Below the pieces are notes generated by a model. It did no database searches. It was not told the DNA's origin and saw nothing but the letters and a program-made list of their open reading frames with translations. Below are positions 50,701-60,313 of a stretch of DNA of 64,000 nucleotides, piece by piece; the first letter of the stretch is position 1, and every line of letters begins with the position of its first letter. The stretch is taken from the NCBI RefSeq assembly GCF_964355755.1, contig NC_092672.1, positions 1,550,001 through 1,614,000 of the forward strand, given 5' to 3'. The stretch comes from Antedon mediterranea. Taxonomy: Eukaryota > Animalia > Echinodermata. A program made the position numbers and the translations under genes.

Positions 50701-51953
50701 TAAACACAGTCAGGAAAGTCTTAGATTCAGGATCTCTATTATGTAAAGGTAAGGTGGCTTAATTCTTGCACTTTTACACCAGTGTTTGTAATGAACTGAA
50801 GTTTAGTAATTAAGATAAGGCATGTTAGCTTAAAGTTCTCTGCATAGCACAAATCTTAAAATATGCATATTTTAAAAATAAAGAGGAATTGATGTATTTA
50901 CTGATGGCAACACCTAATATAATGCTGATCTTGTTGGGGAATGACAAATCTTGCTGCAACTATTGCCACATACCTATCCTTTACTATGATGGTTGCTATG
51001 CTCTTTAGATTAAAGTTCTGATGAGTGAGCATTGTAAATGTTGACACACAATTGATAACTGTCTTATACCCCTATCACAACGATCAACAAAACTACACAC
51101 AACGCGGCGTCAGTCCAGCGTTTGTGTCGTGTACACCCAAGTTTTGCATGGCAATGTGAAAGGTTTCTTAGAACAGATTCGCTTGATGTAAATCTTTTTT
51201 TTATGTTTCTATTCAAGGTGACTCGATGATTGGTGGAATATTAAGTAAAGAAATGTTATCAAGTGAAAGGTTAAAGTTCAAAGATACAACGATAGATCAG
51301 ATATTGCTCTCTCCAAGCATGAAATATTGTGTTAGTCATGGTAATATTAGGAGGATGGAGTAAGTATTACTTATGAATAAAAAGAGATGTGTGACACTCT
51401 ATTAAAGAGATGTGTGCTACCCCCTCGTGCTTATGTACTGTCTCTCTCTACCCTTATGCAGCAGGGGCAGCCTTGAGTGCAATGCCATTAAATATCATAT
51501 TTCAGTAACTATGCTATACCTATACTATTGTAGTCATCACATGACTTGAATAAGGGCTAATTTAGTCTGTATACAATCCTGTCTCCCATCACCAGATGAC
51601 CTGAAAAATCCTAAAACCATGGTCCCAAATGTTTTAAATTCGAAAAACTTTCCACAAACTTTTTGAGCAATCCAAAAGTTGTTTAGTTTTGAGACAATTT
51701 TTTTCTATCTTGTATCTCAGTTTTTCTTTCTTGTTAATGTTTTCACAGGTATCAGGATGTCATCAGTGGCACAACACAGTATTCACAAGTCGCATTTCAA
51801 GTTCGTGTTCAGCCAGACAGCTACGATGTCGGCCCAGAACGAATTGGCGCAAATCAACAGATAGACGCACATTTTGACAACAAAGAAATACAATGGATTT
51901 GCAAAGAGAAGTCTGTTGTTGTTCCATATGCATTATTGATTAAGATTGATTGA
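38797..51953 (+). CDS. NEURL4: Neuralized-like protein 4 (six NHR/NEUZ repeats + C-terminal ADP-ribosyltransferase-like domain, ~1479 aa, 27 exons)
   Basis: Exons 38797-38991, 39423-39771, 39927-40243, 40537-40648, 41060-41148, 41693-41966, 42419-42599, 42771-42919, 43220-43338, 43786-43948, 44136-44402, 44583-44661, 44900-45069, 45386-45490, 45737-45876, 46308-46517, 46875-46973, 47525-47659, 47789-47953, 48224-48382, 49370-49549, 49653-49725, 49910-50011, 50178-50322, 50633-50748, 51218-51359, 51749-51953 sum to 4440 nt. Repeated FH..HG / WSGSIE.G / AVVDLYG NHR motifs; CYCDSC...[14 protein letters not shown]-terminal region. Confidence 0.93.
40662..40813. mobile_element. MITE family A copy, TTA TSD
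   Basis: TIRs and internal repeats intact; starts 13 bp inside a NEURL4 intron. Confidence 0.8.
41200..41330. repeat. 31-bp minisatellite (4 copies)
   Basis: acaaataatgaatgtttatgaatggaatggt. Confidence 0.8.
42050..42350. mobile_element. Dispersed AT-rich repeat family copy (related segments ~20400-20690, ~30410-30600, ~38090-38250)
   Basis: Shared segments ttttggtcaaagtgaataacttattatg, ttttttcaggtaa and agttaatcacttc, found in reverse orientation in the other copies. Confidence 0.55.
43529..43677. mobile_element. MITE family A copy
   Basis: caaactttatgtgacaaaaaaatgtgatgtgccc...caaactagtttgatagtgta. Further partial copies at ~20027-20096, ~30612-30711 and ~41500-41600. Confidence 0.75.
45009..45285 (+). 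repeat. Triplication (102/99 bp) of NEURL4 exon 13 3' end plus donor site
   Basis: acacttcacttctactataatggtgttgaccagggcgtggcctgctccaacgtcaatccta|gtaagt starts at 45009, 45111 and 45210. Confidence 0.92.
45929..46254. mobile_element. Two MITE family A copies in opposite orientation (45929-46056 and 46119-46254)
   Basis: Each has agctctgtc(t/c)acac ends; the internal segments run in opposite directions. Confidence 0.78.
47105..47478. repeat. 21-bp minisatellite (GTAGTTACTGTACTGCAGTAT)n
   Basis: Directly visible; source of the spurious YCSTVTT/QYSNYIL ORFs. Confidence 0.95.
48405..48645. repeat. 19-bp minisatellite (AAACCCATGTGCTATAGCT)n
   Basis: About 12 copies starting about 22 bp after a NEURL4 donor. 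Confidence 0.93.
48930..49402 (+). repeat. 59-bp perfect tandem array (8 copies) spanning a NEURL4 splice acceptor
   Basis: gtactatctaacattaaaccttgttag|gtacaagacaagataggtcctgatttaaacaa; the AGs end at 48956, 49015, 49074, 49133, 49192, 49251, 49310 and 49369. Confidence 0.97.
50393..50590. mobile_element. Harbinger-like MITE remnant
   Basis: ggttcccacta...tagtgggaacc inverted ends, plus an internal ggttcccact copy. Confidence 0.55.
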
Positions 51954-52159
51954 TTGATTATTATTTATTGGTATCGATTGATAGTTTAATTGGTCAGTCT
52001 AAACAATGACCAATAAAGATAGAATATATTTAAACTATTGAAATTATAAATTAAACGCCATAATAAGTCTAAACTCATAGGTGCTGGCGAAAAATAAAAT
52101 CCATTTTGAAAAAAAAATTTAAATAAATTACAGCGCAATGTGTTATTTTAATTTTGGAA

Positions 52160-52325
52160 AATTCTGCCCTGTTGCAAAATTTCTACCCTGTTACAATTAA
52201 AATATTTCTGCCCTGTTCCAATATTTCTGCCATGTTCCAATATTTCTGCCCTGTTCCAATATTTCTGCCATGTTCCAATATTTCTGCCCTGTTCCAATAT
52301 TTCTGCCACGTTCCAATATTTCACC
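52160..52325. repeat. 19-bp minisatellite (AATATTTCTGCC(C/A)TGTTCC)n
   Basis: Directly visible downstream of the NEURL4 stop; a separate ~41-45 bp x3 repeat lies at 52846-52970. Confidence 0.85.
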
Positions 52326-52496
52326 TATGAACTCTTAATCATGGAAAGATTTTTTATAATAAAAGTAAAAGATAAATTGTGGCGTAATTAATGTTACCTT
52401 GTCTTTCTGTTTTAAACAACTATTTGTTTGTGTGTGTGATGCCAGATCACAGATCTGTTTAACAGTCTTCTACAAAGTTATTTAAAACATGTTTTT

Positions 52497-52649
52497 TGCT
52501 CTGTCTACACTATCAAACTAGTTTGACAAAGTGTTATGTGCCCATATATGATAGGGATATGCCCAAATATGGTAGTGGTATGACATCATCATGTCTATAT
52601 ATGGGCATATCATATTTTTGTCACAAAGTTTGATAGTGTAGACAGAGTA
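52497..52649. mobile_element. MITE family A copy
   Basis: gctctgtctacactatcaaactag...gtttgatagtgtagacagag. Confidence 0.78.
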
Positions 52650-54250
52650 GCTGCCTTGAGTCTTTTAAAGAAGCATTAAGTTAATTGTTGACGATTACTA
52701 TTATTAAAACCATTCTTGCTTTAACTTCTATGTAATCATGTAATTAATGAACAATGTATTGTTTTCTAAATCAATCATACTAGAAAGTAATTTTAAACAA
52801 ATTTTTAAGTCAAGTAAAATCAAACAAGCAATTAGTTTAGTAAACGATATGTACCAAATTGGTAGCATAGATCAGTCTCATACTATCTAAAGATATGTAC
52901 CAAATTGGTAGCATAGTCTCATACTATCTAAAGATATGTACCAAATTGGTAGCATATAGTCTCATACTACCCAGTATTAAGTATGACACTACAGTATTAT
53001 TGATCTTACAAAGCTACTCATTTCTATGCTTTAGCTCATAGCTCTTCAATTTTTCATTACTATGTCAGGTATTGAATGAATATTTTTGTCATTTTCCTGG
53101 GAGCATATTTATAATAACACATAGTCTGTCAAAATGAGGCAAGTGCTGTGTAATTTATAAAAATACAATGTTAATATTGAAATGTATATGTATTAATTAA
53201 ATGGTCTATGGTTACTATGGTTACTGATTGCAAATCGTGTTTAATTTTGGTGCGTGCGATGTGAGTGTGGTTCTGTCAAAAAGTCATGCAACTTCAGCTA
53301 TTTTTTTAACAAGATATTTTTTTTTCTACTTGAAAAAGCTGGAATGATCATTTACAATACTCTCTACTAGGCTACGTAAACCCCTACTATTTACCTCCAT
53401 GGTGAAGCAAGAATCACAAGATATTACATTATTATACTATACACAGTATACTGTAATTACATATACTAGAGGGTGAGCTCGCTTCGCTCGCTCCCCTTCT
53501 AGGAAGTGTAGACGATGGTTCTCGGAATGATAAAAATGTTCTCCTTGTACGTTTTCTGTCGGTTACCATTATTGAAAATGCTTGACATTCGTAAAACAAA
53601 ACTAAACTACTCTGTTTCACAGTGTTTTAGATGATTAATAACATTTTAAAGTACAGTGTTTGTTTGGTAGGGCCCTTTGGGGAGGCGGAGTTCATTTGAG
53701 GGGGGTGCTTATTCGATGGATATGTTAATTTGTTTAGTTTTAATAATATGGTAACATTTATAATCAAATGAAATCCTCTAATAGATATGAAAAGTGGTAA
53801 AAAAGAATAACAAATGCTTGGTAAATTGTAGATAAGAGTGCGATGAATTCTACTATAAATAGTATAAAATGATTATTATTCAAAGTGATGTTTTATTGGA
53901 GAGGCGTTTATTCAAATAAATACCGTCCTAATAATTATTAATACATTATTTAATTTAAACATCTTTTGAAACTACCGTGCCGTGATAGAGTGGGCCAAGA
54001 AAGAAGACATTACGGCTTGCAACATGGGCAGACATCTCGCTCATAACGGGACACAGCCTGCCAGCTTATTCAATCAACTATCGGGATTTCACTCGATTTT
54101 AAACAAAATGTCTTATCATCAAATCTCCCTATGTAATTTTATAATTAATACTATTTCCTACAATATATTCCGATTCTTTATGGCCTATATTCAATTTGAT
54201 CTTTATTAATTTGCAGTATAATTTTTATTTTTTAACTACTGTTACTCTTT

Positions 54251-54930
54251 ATCTTCCTAAGATAGAAATATGGAACAATAGCGTCGATGTGAAAACTAAT
54301 GTTATCAAATCTACGTTTCGCGGTACATCTGTGATAGGTAGGTATCCAAGGCGGAGATTTGTACCGAAGTTTTTGCATTGTGCTCGCCTATGTCAGAATT
54401 AACCATAATTTATAATAGATTCAAAACTTGCAACAAACATTATACAATAATAATAATAAACAAAATATGGATACCTACCTTATCTATCACAGATGTACCG
54501 CGAAACGTAGATTTGATAACATTAGTTTTCACATCGACGCTATTGTTCCATATTTCTATCTTAGGAAGATATTATAAAGAGTTTTTTAACAAAATGTATG
54601 ATTTCAACAGTAGATTTCAACTCAATTTCAATTCTTCGCGGGTCAAAGTAATTTCTGGGTTCACAGAAGCTCCGTCCTACTATAGGTTTTTTCTTCCTTC
54701 TTCCAAAGGGACAGTAGTATTGATTGATGGAAAGTGCCTGTTTCCAGTCACCTTTAGGGTCAAATCTATTATTTTAACTGCTCCCTTGTGTATAAAAGAG
54801 AGAAAATAGTTGAAGATTTGTACCGAAGTTTTTGCATTGTGCTCGCCTATGTCAGAATTAACCATAATTTATAATAGATTCAAAACTTGCAACAAACATT
54901 ATACAATAATAATAATAATAAACAAAATAT
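54251..54930. repeat. Combined inverted (~98 bp) and direct (~115 bp) duplication, A-B-A'-C-B
   Basis: A 54251-54348 is inverted at 54468-54570; B 54355-54468 is repeated directly at 54814-54930. Confidence 0.88.
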
Positions 54931-55054
54931 AAAAATAACAATTAATAAATAATTAAAAATATAAGTTCACATTACAACATAAACAAATTACATTAAAATA
55001 TATAAAGTATAATGATAAAATGTTATTTACGGTAATAATAATAGTCTCAGTAAA

Positions 55055-55270
55055 CGTAACATTGGTGTGAAACATTTTCCGATTAGACTCCGCCCATTTA
55101 TCATGATCACGTGATAGTTAAAGACCAGTGGATGCAGACAACCTTAGCGCGGGAAAGTTGATGAGATACAGCTGTGATTTTGCCGCGGCGGCCGTGTCTG
55201 CAATTCAAAGATAGTGTATCAATATTGCGTTGCTCTGTACTGCTTGTACTTGTTGTGCATGCAGCAGGTG
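55055..55270 (+). promoter_or_regulatory. Putative HELLS cell-cycle promoter
   Basis: ATTGG (CCAAT box, 55061), CTCCGCCC (GC box, 55088), TCACGTGA (E-box, 55107), GCGCGGGAAA (E2F site, 55147-55156) and TTCAAA (CHR, 55204-55209) in a CpG-rich patch. Confidence 0.55.
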
Positions 55271-55364
55271 GTGTTAGTGTCACTCTGCCTAGGCTAGTTT
55301 ATCGCTTTGAATACATTTGGATTTGGTAGCTATAATTATACTGTTTTTTGGTTTTAAGACAAAC

Positions 55365-55920
55365 AGGCTAGGCCTAGGCCTAGGCCTAGCCTAGGCTAGG
55401 CGGCTAGGCCTATAATAATAGGCGCGCCTACTTAGGGCCTAGCCTACTACTATCTAGGCCTAGGCTAGGCCTACTACTAGCCTAGGCCTAGGCGTCCTCT
55501 AGGCCTAGGCTAGGCCTAGTAGCCTAACCTAGGCCTAGGGAGGCCCTAGTCTAGCTAGGCCTGCTGGGCTAATAAAATTAACAATTTTGTGTTGTCAATA
55601 ATGACGTTGATGTGAATGCTAGCCTATAGCTAGGCTAGGCCTAGCCTAGCTAGAGAGTTATAGGACTAGGCCTAGGCTAGCTAGTAGGCCCTAGGCCTAG
55701 CCTAGTAGCCTAGAGGCCTAGGCCTAGCTAGTAGGCGTAGCCCTAGGGGACCCCTACCTACCTAGGCCTATATAATAATATACTTTATAGATAACTTAGC
55801 CTAGCTAGGAGGCCTTCTAGTTAAACTAATAAGTAGGCCCTAGGCCTATTACTTCATTAGTATTGTCGATTGAGTTTTTGTAGCTAGGCATAAATAGGCC
55901 TAGTCCCTAGCTAGGCCTAT
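55365..55920. repeat. TAGGCC/CTAG-rich low-complexity tract (HELLS 5' region/first intron)
   Basis: ggctaggcctaggcctaggcctagcctaggctagg... for about 550 bp. Confidence 0.88.
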
Positions 55921-56009
55921 AATTAATAGTAAGAAAATTTGATTCAATTTTTGTTTTTAAATACCCACCAAGTCAACATTCCTTCAACTATTCTTTAAAG
56001 AAAAAAGTA

Positions 56010-59000
56010 ATGGGTAATTCTGATGCTAATCGTTCTGATTCACCTGTAAAACCAGATGTTATGGATTCCACAGAGCCATCGGAAACAGCAGCTTGCACAC
56101 TCAAAAAACCTCCTTTGGGTAGGCCAATATTAATACCAATATATTTTTATTTTCACTAATCACATTTATTTGTTATCTCAACTGTTCTGATCGTGGCAGA
56201 TGCATAGGTCTCACAATTGCAAAAACCCCAGACAGCTGACCACCACCTCACCTTTTTTAATTCAGTCAGTACAGATAAAAATTCAGTGACAAATATCTCT
56301 TGTAGTTATATTTATACTTCATGGTTATTTAGATTTTTACTGTTACACATTACAGTATCATAAAAATAAGATCAATAATATGCCAATGGTGATGATAACA
56401 GGTCATCAGAGAATAATTTCGCCAGTGTAGCATAGCAAAAAGCTATACAAAACAACCTTTTTGCTACAGATTTTTAAAATTGTGTAGCAAAAAATCAATA
56501 CAAAACTATGTTTCTAGACTCAAAAATCAGTTTGATTAGCAATAATGCTAAACAAAAATTTTCCCCTGGTCATCTCTGAAAACTATACCAGACCTTGATT
56601 TATAAATATAAGAGGAGAGCTCCTAATGGCTCTCCTCAATATGTTGAGGAGAGCCATTATTTTGATTAAGTATTCGAGGCACAGGCCCACCATGGTTGGG
56701 CCTGTGGCGAGCCGAATTTTGATAAATGACACCTCTAGATGGCCGGAAATGGTATTCTCGCACGTAAAATTCATCGTAGGTCATTGTTCTCTGAACGTAG
56801 TCTACGATGTATTGTTATGATAATTATCTACGCGTCGATCGTAGGGTGGTTCGTAGGGTTAGTAAACACCATTGTCATCGCCTTTACTTTAGAAGCATGG
56901 ACAATGCAAACAAACAATGTATTGTTTGCTAATTAAAATCCTATCTAAAGATAGTAGACGTCAATTTTTGTAGCCACCCTAGCTAGGCCTACGCATCGGT
57001 TATCCTAATTTGGACGGAAATCCGCCGCCGACGAGACGACATCGGGTCCGTGGACCTCTCAGCTCACGCAGAGAGAGAGAGTCGAGGCTATCTATCTACT
57101 AGTCTAGTTTCGGCGGCCTACACTATACATTATTTAATCCTACCTTGGGTTAGCGAATTAAAAAAACGACGACACCTAGGCTAGGACACCAACAAAATAT
57201 ATGCAAAATAAATATATATTCCATATTAATTACTATAAGATTTAACATAAAGGCGACATGTGTATAATAAGAAAAGGCCCGACCAGAATTTGGAGGGGAA
57301 AACATGTGAGCAGTTATTAATATTAAGATCAGAGAGAGTGTTTCATGTCATGTGACACAAAATCCAGGTACACGATCTTAATTACTGTTTATCGTCGTCG
57401 GCAGCCACCCTCACATACTGAGTTAAAAAAAAAACATGTGAGATGTTGCGGTAAAGCAGAGAGTATCGCGTTTCATGCCATGTGACCAAAAAAACTAGGT
57501 CTGTATAATTACGGTCTTCTGACGGCAGTCTTTTTGAGCTACCGATTGAACGTTCTGATACTATATTTAGAATGAATTGTTTACGATATTTTTCTCGCAA
57601 CATCAAAGATCATAGGCGCGCCTAGCCTATCGGGGGTAGCCATAACAAAGATCGTTTGCGCGACTATATATAGACTGTGTGTTGTATTCGGGGTTAATAT
57701 TCTTATCATTATATATATTTTTATGACGCACTGTAACAGGTTGGGGAGCGCTATTTTAGGCGCTCCTTTGATCGTTTTCAGGAGCGCCAAGGAGCGTCAG
57801 CGCCATGGCGCTCCTTTTAAATCAAGGTCTGCTATACAGTAGGCCTATTACAAAAGAACATATTTTGCACAAATATTCATGAATTGTTGTGCACACAAAA
57901 TAAGATAATTTAAAGGAATGCATTATTGACATGTCTATTGAGCCAAACAAGCTAAACTTTCACAGGTCAGGGCTGGTCATAACATTTAATTCTTTAACTT
58001 TTTACGATCGAGGTTAAATAAACTCTGCTAAAAATTAAATCAAAATGAGTTTACACCTTATCATGTTTATTCCCAGATGGTATGACATGCTAAAGGGTAG
58101 CTTTGCATTTAAAATGTATATTGTTTAATACAAACCTTTTGATTGAAACAACTTTGATAATAATTTCACTTATTTAATGTCAGTGAATAGCAGAACAAGT
58201 ATCATAAAAAAATACTTTATAGTAATATGCTGTAGGACATTTTTGTAATGTTATAAGCTGCACCAAAAGTGACTGTCATGTCAATTTGAGGGTTGAAAGA
58301 ACATTCAGTTCTACACAGAAATTACTATGTTTATAAGAAATAGTTATCTGGCTAGCATTCATTGAAAATCACTAACTTTAATTATTAAAAAAAATGCTTT
58401 ATTGATTACATCGTTCGACTGTGTCCAGGAAGATCTTCAAGCTCACCAATTTTTGCTCAGTTTAACTGTTGTGTGTTAATACACTTTTAAAATTTACTTT
58501 CTAGAAAAGAATGAAGAGGTCAATCGGAGGTCAAATGTAGAGGGAGCTACTTCTGAAAAAGTAAAGGAAGAAACTGAAATGGAGGTTGATTTGAACTCTG
58601 AGGTCAACACGAAGCCAGAGGTCAATTGCAAGCCAGAGGTCAATTCAAAGCCTGCGGTCAAAGTTGAGACGAGAGATGAAGCCTCCGAACAAGGAGGGGA
58701 CCATTATGATAACTACCTGGAGGATGTACAGACAGATTCTGGACTTATAACAAAAGACATGCTAGAAGAAGAAAAGAAATTACACAATGAGACCAAGAAT
58801 GAAGAGAAAAAAAGACGAGAAGAGGTAAAAGAATAAACAAATGTTTTAACCATTAGATAAATAAATTCTGCCTGTTGAACTTTAACCTTATTCTTAATAA
58901 TGACTGCCTTGTTCTAAGAGTAATATGATTTGTTTGAGAGTCATTTACAAATTAACTTTTAACGTGCAAAAGAAAGTATATTAAAATATAGCTTCCAGTA

Positions 59001-60313
59001 ATAGATGAAATGCTGTCTTAAGCAAATAAGTTAAGAGTCTTACTAATGTTTTCCTGTTGATTATTATCAGGCTATGAGTGAATGGCAACAAGATGTGGAA
59101 GAACAACGATACAAGCGACTACAACATTTACTACAAAAAAGCAATATTTACTCAAAGTTTCTGTTAGCAAAGATGGAACAACAGCAAAAACAAGAACAAC
59201 TACGTCTACAAAAACAAGCAAAGAAAAAGGCACTTGAAACGCAAGCAAAGGTACTAAACGTTGATACATTTATAAAAGATACAGTCAACTGTCCCAATAC
59301 TGGACGCCTGTGACACTGTGTGACCGTCTAATATATCTAGTTTTCTGTAATGTCTGCTATTCAGTGGAGCTGTGACTTGGTGGTTATGATGCTTGGCTAC
59401 CAATCTAAGGGTCCTGGGTTCAAGTCCTGTCAGGGTTGTTTTCCTCATGACAATTTACAACTCCACTCCCAAAGACTTAATAGTAAGTCTTTGTTTATGT
59501 AGAGCATCTTGTTTGTTTTGTGAATGGGATTGCCACCTTTGAGAAGGATAGTGAATGAATTCACTTGTGGTAATCCTTGGCAATTGAGAATGAGAATAAA
59601 AAAAAAAAATAAAATAATTCCAAATGTTAAAAAGATGGTAAAAAAGAATTTGGGTACTTTTGGACATAAAAAGAAGTCTGGTTTGGGAACGTTTCTGGTT
59701 TTCAGAGAGTATTACTCAAAAGTAGTGTTTATTGCAATGTTTTTTATTCCATTTTTATTAATCATATTGTGTTATGTTTTTACAGTTTATTTTAATATGT
59801 CATACAGTTTTGCTGACACATCAGTTTTTCTAATTTAATCTTTTTTAGACTGCTACTGCTGCCACCACAGAAGTGTTGTCCCCAACTAGAAAATCCAGGA
59901 GGAAAGAAAAACAACAAACAGATTCTGCCAACAGCAGTCAATCTGAAACAGACAGTCCTAGTGCAAAGACAGAGACAACTCCTGTAAGAAAATCTAAAAG
60001 AGGTCAAAGGTCAACTGAACCTACTCAAGCAGAACAAGCTGAAAATCAAAAACGTAAGTACCTGTTTCACAGCACATTTTAGAATTTGTCTCTTAATTAA
60101 AATTGTATTAGATAAAATATACACCACCTATGTTCTTCATAGAAGGATAAGTACTAATATTAAACAACAAATTCATTCATTCATTTTTTAATGTGAAGAG
60201 AAATATTAATAGTATTATTTTTTTTTCTTTTTTTTTTTTGCTTTTCAGCGCCAAAAAGAGGTAGAAAGAGAAAGAATGAAAGTTATAATATATCACACTA
60301 CCTAGACAAGGAG
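56010..60313 (+). CDS. HELLS: Lymphoid-specific helicase HELLS/LSH (SNF2 family), N-terminal exons only; gene continues past the window
   Basis: Exons 56010-56118 (putative ATG exon, less certain), 58505-58824, 59071-59250, 59849-60053, 60249-60313 are in frame. [39 protein letters not shown] and [10 protein letters not shown] match the HELLS/DDM1 N-terminal coiled-coil region. Confidence 0.88.
56589..57831. mobile_element. Non-autonomous hAT-like element with 14-bp TIRs and a 6-bp TSD, in a HELLS intron
   Basis: CTATAC-cagaccttgattta...taaatcaaggtctg-CTATAC; subterminal ggag(a/c)gc repeats at both ends; no transposase ORF. Confidence 0.83.
59367..59475 (+). mobile_element. tRNA-derived SINE head fragment (similar remnants at ~2345-2410 and ~16968-17065)
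   Basis: A-box-like tgacttggtgg and B-box ggttcaagtcc, without a complete cloverleaf. Confidence 0.55.

Noticed and set aside
54378-54809. 143-aa ORF upstream of HELLS
   Set aside because: Runs through the inverted/direct duplication, has no recognisable domain and starts at a non-ATG codon.
59367-59440. Additional tRNA genes (also ~2345-2410, ~16968-17065, ~34450-34520)
   Set aside because: Only A/B-box-like remnants without a complete acceptor stem or cloverleaf; treated as SINE heads.
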